A stretch of DNA of 32,000 nucleotides, taken from positions 2,520,001 to 2,552,000 of the forward strand of contig NC_000962.3 of assembly GCF_000195955.2 (NCBI RefSeq), in the 5' to 3' direction. Source of the DNA: Mycobacterium tuberculosis H37Rv. GTDB taxonomy: Bacteria; Actinomycetota; Actinomycetes; Mycobacteriales; Mycobacteriaceae. Below, in pieces: positions 26,490 to 32,000 of the stretch (the first letter of the stretch is position 1; each line of letters begins with the position of its first letter). A program made the translations under genes and the position numbers. The notes beneath the pieces are model-generated. The model was given only the letters and a program-made list of their open reading frames with translations. It was not told the origin of the DNA and did not search any database.

Positions 26490-26805
26490 ACTCGCCAAAT
26501 GCGATCGTGGCCGATGGCGGCGCGGACCTTCCTGTAAATTGCCGGAATTCACGATTTTGTGCGGCTAGACCAACGCCGGGAGCCAGCGTGCCTGCGAGGA
26601 TAGGAGCGCCTCGGCCGATCCGCCGGCGCAGCCGTTCGGTCACAACGGATCTGACCTGCTCAGCCTGCAAGTCAACCACAAGACCGGTCCAGGCTGATAC
26701 GCAAAATATGTGAGTGTACCCGCCGCCACAGCGGCAGCAGCTGGATCCCCCTTTTGGTGGACACGAGATCCACCCAATAGGCTGGGCCGATCGGGCGATA
26801 GACAT
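26488..26805 (-). CDS. mazF8: MazF-family toxin-like ORF, probably degenerate (mazF8/Rv2274c-like)
   Basis: The C-terminal segment TGLVVDLQAEQVRSVVTERLRRRIGR resembles the MazF C-terminal region. The first 30 aa are Cys/Gly-rich and unlike MazF. A different frame reads AYWVDL, a typical MazF N-terminal motif. Confidence 0.55.
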   Translation of the reverse strand: MSIARSAQPIGWISCPPKGGSSCCRCGGGYTHIFCVSAWTGLVVDLQAEQVRSVVTERLRRRIGRGAPILAGTLAPGVGLAAQNREFRQFTGRSAPPSATIAFGE

Positions 26806-26882
26806 TGTCAGTTCGTGCCGGCACCCTGATCACTGACCTCAACACCGAGCGTCGACCCCGTCCCTATGGTCCAAGGAAAACA

Positions 26883-27752
26883 ATGTCATACGTGGCTGCC
26901 GAACCAGGCGTGCTGATCTCGCCGACGGACGACTTGCAGAGCCCCCGGTCAGCCCCGGCAGCGCATGACGAAAATGCGGACGGCATAACAGGCGGGACCA
27001 GAGACGACTCTGCTCCCAACTCACGGTTTCAGCTAGGCAGGCGCATTCCGGAAGCCACCGCCCAGGAAGGGTTTCTGGTTCGGCCATTCACCCAACAATG
27101 TCAGATCATCCACACCGAAGGAGATCATGCTGTTATCGGGGTATCCCCGGGGAACAGTTACTTCTCCCGCCAGCGCCTACGGGATCTCGGGCTTTGGGGT
27201 CTCACGAATTTTGATCGTGTGGACTTCGTCTACACCGATGTCCATGTCGCCGAGAGTTACGAAGCGCTAGGCGATTCCGCAATCGAAGCCCGGCGCAAGG
27301 CGGTCAAAAACATCCGCGGCGTCCGCGCCAAGATCACCACCACGGTGAACGAACTCGATCCGGCCGGGGCCCGGCTGTGCGTTCGTCCGATGTCGGAGTT
27401 CCAGTCCAACGAGGCATACCGGGAGCTGCATGCGGACCTGCTCACGCGCCTGAAAGACGACGAGGACTTGCGCGCCGTCTGCCAGGACCTAGTGCGGCGC
27501 TTCCTGTCCACGAAAGTGGGTCCGCGGCAGGGGGCGACGGCTACTCAAGAGCAGGTGTGCATGGACTACATTTGCGCCGAGGCCCCGCTATTCCTCGACA
27601 CACCTGCGATTCTCGGAGTGCCGTCGTCGTTGAATTGCTACCACCAATCACTGCCCCTCGCCGAAATGCTCTACGCCCGAGGATCGGGACTACGGGCATC
27701 GCGCAATCAAGGCCACGCCATTGTTACCCCTGATGGGAGCCCCGCCGAATGA
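26883..27752 (+). CDS. tRNA-dependent cyclodipeptide synthase (cyclo-Tyr-Tyr synthase, 289 aa, Rv2275-like)
   Basis: CDPS catalytic-serine motif [11 protein letters not shown]. About 45-aa low-complexity N-terminal extension. ATG at 26883 follows AAGGAAAA. ATGA overlap with cyp121. Confidence 0.88.
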
Positions 27753-28939
27753 CCGCGACCGTTCTGCTCGAGGTCCCGTTCTCTGCACGTGGGGATCGGA
27801 TTCCTGACGCCGTCGCAGAATTACGAACCCGCGAGCCTATCCGCAAGGTACGGACCATTACCGGCGCCGAAGCCTGGCTCGTCTCCTCGTATGCACTGTG
27901 CACACAGGTGCTCGAGGATCGGCGTTTTTCCATGAAGGAAACCGCCGCTGCCGGCGCCCCCCGCCTGAACGCGCTGACTGTTCCACCCGAAGTGGTCAAC
28001 AACATGGGAAACATCGCCGACGCGGGACTGCGCAAGGCGGTGATGAAAGCGATCACACCCAAGGCACCCGGGTTGGAGCAATTCCTACGAGACACCGCGA
28101 ACTCGCTGCTGGACAACCTGATTACCGAGGGCGCACCAGCCGATCTGCGCAATGACTTCGCCGACCCGCTGGCCACTGCCCTGCACTGCAAGGTTCTGGG
28201 CATCCCGCAAGAAGACGGCCCGAAGCTGTTCCGTAGCTTGAGTATCGCTTTCATGAGTTCGGCCGACCCGATCCCCGCCGCGAAGATCAACTGGGATCGC
28301 GACATCGAATACATGGCCGGAATTCTGGAAAACCCAAACATCACGACCGGCCTCATGGGTGAGCTCAGCCGCCTCCGGAAAGATCCCGCCTACTCGCACG
28401 TCTCCGACGAACTATTCGCGACCATCGGCGTCACTTTCTTCGGTGCCGGCGTCATCTCAACCGGCAGCTTCCTCACCACCGCGCTGATATCGCTGATACA
28501 ACGCCCGCAACTTCGGAACTTGTTGCACGAGAAGCCGGAACTGATCCCGGCCGGTGTAGAGGAACTGCTGCGGATCAATCTCTCCTTCGCCGACGGGTTA
28601 CCGCGCCTGGCCACCGCCGACATCCAGGTCGGCGACGTGCTGGTCCGCAAGGGGGAGCTGGTGCTGGTGCTGCTCGAGGGCGCCAACTTCGATCCCGAGC
28701 ACTTCCCTAACCCGGGCAGCATCGAACTCGACCGGCCCAACCCCACCTCGCACCTCGCGTTCGGCCGCGGCCAACACTTCTGTCCTGGATCAGCTCTCGG
28801 TCGCCGCCACGCACAGATCGGCATCGAAGCGCTGTTGAAAAAGATGCCCGGCGTCGACCTGGCTGTGCCCATCGACCAATTGGTCTGGCGCACCCGATTC
28901 CAAAGACGCATCCCCGAACGCCTTCCGGTGCTCTGGTAG
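27749..28939 (+). CDS. cyp121: cytochrome P450 Cyp121 (mycocyclosin synthase, 396 aa)
   Basis: Heme loop [19 protein letters not shown] overlap with the CDPS gene at 27749-27752. Confidence 0.92.
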
Positions 28940-29123
28940 GCTTCCGGAAACTCACCCGAGCCATCACCGCAAGATTTGGCAAGCGTTGGGACAGAACAAT
29001 TTCGACCTTGCACCGGCCGAAGGCGCTGCCTTCTACCGAATAAAAGTACGGGCCTCCCCCAAACTCCGAAATCGTCAGTACCGCACGCAATTCAAATGAA
29101 CCGCACCCTGACAGCGAGCGACG

Positions 29124-30029
29124 TTAATGACGCCATTGTTGGGCCGCCAGCGGCGAGTCCACAAGTACCGCATCGAGTCCGATTTTGTGAGCCAGGCGGT
29201 AGTCGTCGACAGTTTTCACCGCGAAACCCATGACCTTCATGCCGGACTGCGATCTGAAACAGTCGACCGAGGCCTCGTCCCACAACTCGGCATTCACCGC
29301 GGAGATACCGGACCCCAACGTGAATTCTTCGGTGACGGTGACATCGCGATGCAACTCGAATCCGGCCCACTTCCCAGGATCCGGCTGCGGATCACAGTGA
29401 TGGTTCAATGCCATGTTGAAAAGGCGCTGGCGGGTCACGTCACGACTTTCGGCGACCTGCAGTCCCTCCTGCCGCGAGGCTGCAGCCGTGATGTCAGCGT
29501 TGGTGGAATATACGATCGACCGCCCGGCAGCACCAGTCCTGGTCAACACCTGCGCGACCGCTGAGACCAGCGGCTGTGGCGGAGTCTGCTTGAGGTCTAG
29601 AAACAGAGTCATATCGGGCGGAGTCGCGCCAATGGCTTGCTCCAGTGTCGGTATCGGGGTCGCCCGTTGCCGGTAGGGATGGCCCTCGACGCCCGGCGTG
29701 GTGAAATTCCATCCCGCGTTGAGCTGCTGGAGTTGCTGAACCGTCTTCGAATTCACCGGGCCGGCGCCGTCGGTCAACGTTGCCAGATCGGACGGACGAT
29801 ACAGCACCGGCACGCCATCGCTGCTGACCTGGACGGTCAGCCACATGCCATCCACACCAGCTGCGACTGCGTTGGTAATCGCCAGAACGGTGTTCTCGGG
29901 AAAATCGCGCGTACCCGCGCGATGCGCGACAATCATCGGGTCGTCAGTCTGGCCCAGCGGCAAAGCATCCGCCACACCGCAAGTCCCTCCCAAGGCGATC
30001 ACCAGCGCCACCGTGAACCGCCCCGGCAT
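29124..30029 (-). CDS. glycerophosphodiester phosphodiesterase (GDPD family) with an IS6110-derived start (301 aa, Rv2277c-like)
   Basis: GDPD motif VAHRAGTRDFPENT. The first 5 codons plus 1 nt (atgccggggcggttca) lie inside the IS6110 left inverted repeat (30014-30029). Confidence 0.8.
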   Translation of the reverse strand: MPGRFTVALVIALGGTCGVADALPLGQTDDPMIVAHRAGTRDFPENTVLAITNAVAAGVDGMWLTVQVSSDGVPVLYRPSDLATLTDGAGPVNSKTVQQLQQLNAGWNFTTPGVEGHPYRQRATPIPTLEQAIGATPPDMTLFLDLKQTPPQPLVSAVAQVLTRTGAAGRSIVYSTNADITAAASRQEGLQVAESRDVTRQRLFNMALNHHCDPQPDPGKWAGFELHRDVTVTEEFTLGSGISAVNAELWDEASVDCFRSQSGMKVMGFAVKTVDDYRLAHKIGLDAVLVDSPLAAQQWRH

Positions 30030-30041
30030 GTCCGGAGACTC
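30014..30041. repeat. IS6110 left inverted repeat
   Basis: tgaaccgccccggcatgtccggagactc. Matches the reverse complement of the right inverted repeat at 25 of 28 positions. Confidence 0.95.
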
Positions 30042-30064
30042 CAGTTCTTGGAAAGGATGGGGTC

Positions 30065-30391
30065 ATGTCAGGTGGTTCATCGAGGAGGTACCCGCCGGAG
30101 CTGCGTGAGCGGGCGGTGCGGATGGTCGCAGAGATCCGCGGTCAGCACGATTCGGAGTGGGCAGCGATCAGTGAGGTCGCCCGTCTACTTGGTGTTGGCT
30201 GCGCGGAGACGGTGCGTAAGTGGGTGCGCCAGGCGCAGGTCGATGCCGGCGCACGGCCCGGGACCACGACCGAAGAATCCGCTGAGCTGAAGCGCTTGCG
30301 GCGGGACAACGCCGAATTGCGAAGGGCGAACGCGATTTTAAAGACCGCGTCGGCTTTCTTCGCGGCCGAGCTCGACCGGCCAGCACGCTAA
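30065..30391 (+). CDS. IS6110 transposase OrfA (108 aa, HTH)
   Basis: MSGGSSRRYPPELRERAVRMV... is the IS3-family OrfA. Confidence 0.95.
   Translation: MSGGSSRRYPPELRERAVRMVAEIRGQHDSEWAAISEVARLLGVGCAETVRKWVRQAQVDAGARPGTTTEESAELKRLRRDNAELRRANAILKTASAFFAAELDRPAR
30336..30343 (+). other. IS3-type programmed -1 ribosomal frameshift site
   Basis: The heptamer-like ttttaaag lies in the orfA/orfB overlap. OrfA reads att-tta-aag, and orfB is in the -1 frame. Confidence 0.8.
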
Positions 30392-31326
30392 TTACCCGGT
30401 TCATCGCCGATCATCAGGGCCACCGCGAGGGCCCCGATGGTTTGCGGTGGGGTGTCGAGTCGATCTGCACACAGCTGACCGAGCTGGGTGTGCCGATCGC
30501 CCCATCGACCTACTACGACCACATCAACCGGGAGCCCAGCCGCCGCGAGCTGCGCGATGGCGAACTCAAGGAGCACATCAGCCGCGTCCACGCCGCCAAC
30601 TACGGTGTTTACGGTGCCCGCAAAGTGTGGCTAACCCTGAACCGTGAGGGCATCGAGGTGGCCAGATGCACCGTCGAACGGCTGATGACCAAACTCGGCC
30701 TGTCCGGGACCACCCGCGGCAAAGCCCGCAGGACCACGATCGCTGATCCGGCCACAGCCCGTCCCGCCGATCTCGTCCAGCGCCGCTTCGGACCACCAGC
30801 ACCTAACCGGCTGTGGGTAGCAGACCTCACCTATGTGTCGACCTGGGCAGGGTTCGCCTACGTGGCCTTTGTCACCGACGCCTACGCTCGCAGGATCCTG
30901 GGCTGGCGGGTCGCTTCCACGATGGCCACCTCCATGGTCCTCGACGCGATCGAGCAAGCCATCTGGACCCGCCAACAAGAAGGCGTACTCGACCTGAAAG
31001 ACGTTATCCACCATACGGATAGGGGATCTCAGTACACATCGATCCGGTTCAGCGAGCGGCTCGCCGAGGCAGGCATCCAACCGTCGGTCGGAGCGGTCGG
31101 AAGCTCCTATGACAATGCACTAGCCGAGACGATCAACGGCCTATACAAGACCGAGCTGATCAAACCCGGCAAGCCCTGGCGGTCCATCGAGGATGTCGAG
31201 TTGGCCACCGCGCGCTGGGTCGACTGGTTCAACCATCGCCGCCTCTACCAGTACTGCGGCGACGTCCCGCCGGTCGAACTCGAGGCTGCCTACTACGCTC
31301 AACGCCAGAGACCAGCCGCCGGCTGA
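30340..31326 (+). CDS. IS6110 transposase OrfB (DDE integrase domain; expressed as an OrfAB fusion by -1 frameshift)
   Basis: The frame is open from 30340. DDE-type core HHTDRGSQYTS...YDNALAE. The first ATG-type start in the track is at 30442. Confidence 0.9.
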   Translation, partial: KDRVGFLRGRARPASTLITRFIADHQGHREGPDGLRWGVESICTQLTELGVPIAPSTYYDHINREPSRRELRDGELKEHISRVHAANYGVYGARKVWLTLNREGIEVARCTVERLMTKLGLSGTTRGKARRTTIADPATARPADLVQRRFGPPAPNRLWVADLTYVSTWAGFAYVAFVTDAYARRILGWRVASTMATSMVLDAIEQAIWTRQQEGVLDLKDVIHHTDRGSQYTSIRFSERLAEAGIQPSVGAVGSSYDNALAETINGLYKTELIKPGKPWRSIEDVELATARWVDWFNHRRLYQYCGDVPPVELEAAYYAQRQRPAAG

Positions 31327-31340
31327 GGTCTCAGATCAGA

Positions 31341-31368
31341 GAGTCTCCGGACTCACCGGGGCGGTTCA
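31341..31368. repeat. IS6110 right inverted repeat
   Basis: gagtctccggactcaccggggcggttca. Confidence 0.95.
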
Positions 31369-31371
31369 CCG

Positions 31372-31396
31372 CGCCCAACATAGCCGTCTTCACCAT
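31372..31396 (-). other. displaced native 5' end (start codon, SD and first 8 codons) of the IS-disrupted phosphodiesterase gene
   Basis: The minus strand reads tga-AGGGGA-ccg-ATG GTG AAG ACG GCT ATG TTG GGC G. After removing the IS and one ccg copy, this joins in frame to ..GTG GCG CTG GTG.. at 30010. Confidence 0.65.
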
Positions 31397-31559
31397 CGGT
31401 CCCCTTCAGGCTTTCCCCACCGTAGAAACGTGCGCAATGCGCGGCGCACAGTATCGAACCGTACCGCTGAGAGCCAACCACGATGATTTGCCCGCACCGG
31501 CAGCGATAAAGTAAGTCGCGGTCGGGCACGCAGCGCAGCGTTGGAAAGTGAGGCCTCCG

Positions 31560-32000
31560 ATGAGTGAAATGACAGCTCGGTTTTCCGAAATCGTCGGGAA
31601 CGCCAATTTGCTGACCGGCGACGCAATCCCCGAGGACTACGCACACGACGAAGAGTTGACGGGGCCGCCGCAGAAGCCAGCCTATGCCGCCAAGCCGGCC
31701 ACCCCCGAAGAGGTTGCCCAACTGCTGAAGGCCGCCTCTGAAAACGGTGTGCCGGTGACGGCCCGCGGGTCCGGGTGCGGCTTGTCGGGGGCCGCACGAC
31801 CAGTCGAGGGTGGGCTGCTGATCTCGTTCGACCGGATGAACAAGGTCCTCGAGGTCGACACCGCCAACCAAGTCGCCGTCGTGCAGCCCGGGGTGGCGTT
31901 GACCGACCTGGACGCCGCTACCGCCGATACCGGGCTGCGGTACACGGTTTACCCGGGCGAGCTGTCCTCCAGCGTCGGCGGGAATGTCGGAACCAACGCC
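31560..32000 (+). CDS. FAD-linked (PCMH-type) dehydrogenase, N-terminal part (3' end outside window; Rv2280-like)
   Basis: ATG at 31560 follows GAAAGTGAGG. The frame is open to the window end (147 codons). FAD-binding motif VTARGSGCGLSGAARP. It is absent from the ORF track only because there is no stop in the window. Confidence 0.8.
   Translation, partial: MSEMTARFSEIVGNANLLTGDAIPEDYAHDEELTGPPQKPAYAAKPATPEEVAQLLKAASENGVPVTARGSGCGLSGAARPVEGGLLISFDRMNKVLEVDTANQVAVVQPGVALTDLDAATADTGLRYTVYPGELSSSVGGNVGTNA

Larger units (their letters stand above)
30014..31368 (+). mobile_element. IS6110 (IS3 family), complete 1355-bp copy with 3-bp target-site duplication
   Basis: Terminal 28-bp inverted repeats. 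orfA and orfB with a slippery site. ccg is present directly outside both ends (30011-30013 and 31369-31371). Confidence 0.97.

Noticed and set aside
26839-27087. 82-aa minus-strand ORF as a MazE-type antitoxin
   Set aside because: It has no RHH/AbrB/MazE-like features that I can see, ends 33 nt upstream of the mazF-like start in a different arrangement from typical coupled TA pairs, and is antisense to the CDPS coding sequence. It is kept only as a hypothesis inside the mazEF finding.
29019-29033. Small hairpin gaaggc-gct-gccttc in the convergent spacer between cyp121 and the phosphodiesterase gene, considered as a terminator
   Set aside because: It has only a 6-bp stem with a 3-nt loop and no following U-tract on either strand, so it is not distinguishable from chance.
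31353-31945. Minus-strand ORFs of 172, 135, 66 and 87 aa right of IS6110
   Set aside because: They are antisense to the well-supported FAD-linked dehydrogenase gene or lie in its upstream region. Only the 25-nt stretch at 31372-31396 is meaningful, as the displaced 5' end of the phosphodiesterase gene.

Overview
High-GC actinobacterial chromosome that I recognise as Mycobacterium tuberculosis complex, based on a complete 1355-bp IS6110, a 6-copy 53-bp MIRU array and the gene order. From memory it matches the H37Rv interval from kasB (Rv2246, 3' part) to Rv2280 (5' part). Locus names are recollection, not a database lookup. The plus/minus mosaic contains the following, in order. (1) The end of the FAS-II operon (kasB, accD6). 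(2) A nuclease-fold gene bracketed by two near-identical hairpin repeats. (3) A TetR/glpD1 operon divergent from a frameshifted FAD-linked oxidase and a DAG-kinase-fold lipid kinase. (4) A secreted protein, then a decayed LysE/AsnC pair. (5) A DUF3145-like gene, a serine hydrolase and a SAM methyltransferase. (6) The MIRU array sitting in a divergent promoter region. (7) A class III Zn-ADH (adhE2/mscR) coupled to a metallo-beta-lactamase-fold hydrolase. (8) A frameshifted Lnt-like N-acyltransferase. (9) An SDR, a membrane-anchored Hsp70-like proline-rich protein and an MFS transporter. (10) cyp124 convergent with a cyp128-sulfotransferase operon. (11) lppN, small conserved genes and a DUF202 pair. 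(12) A degenerate mazF-like gene. (13) The cyclodipeptide synthase-cyp121 pair. (14) A glycerophosphodiester phosphodiesterase whose 5' end is split by IS6110. (15) The start of an FAD-linked dehydrogenase. I do not see a convincing, entirely new multi-gene system. The two P450 tailoring cassettes are already characterised in the literature as I recall it. The best leads for under-described biology are: the structured, repeat-rich leader/operator upstream of cyp128; the dispersed hairpin family and the cassette it brackets; the MIRU array supplying translation signals and probably promoter elements to two divergent genes; the IS6110-generated chimeric start of the phosphodiesterase; and several decayed genes (AgpS-like oxidase, Lnt-like with Cys-to-Ser, mazEF remnant, LysE/AsnC remnant). 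Many long ORFs in the six-frame track are antisense artefacts of high GC content and are rejected.
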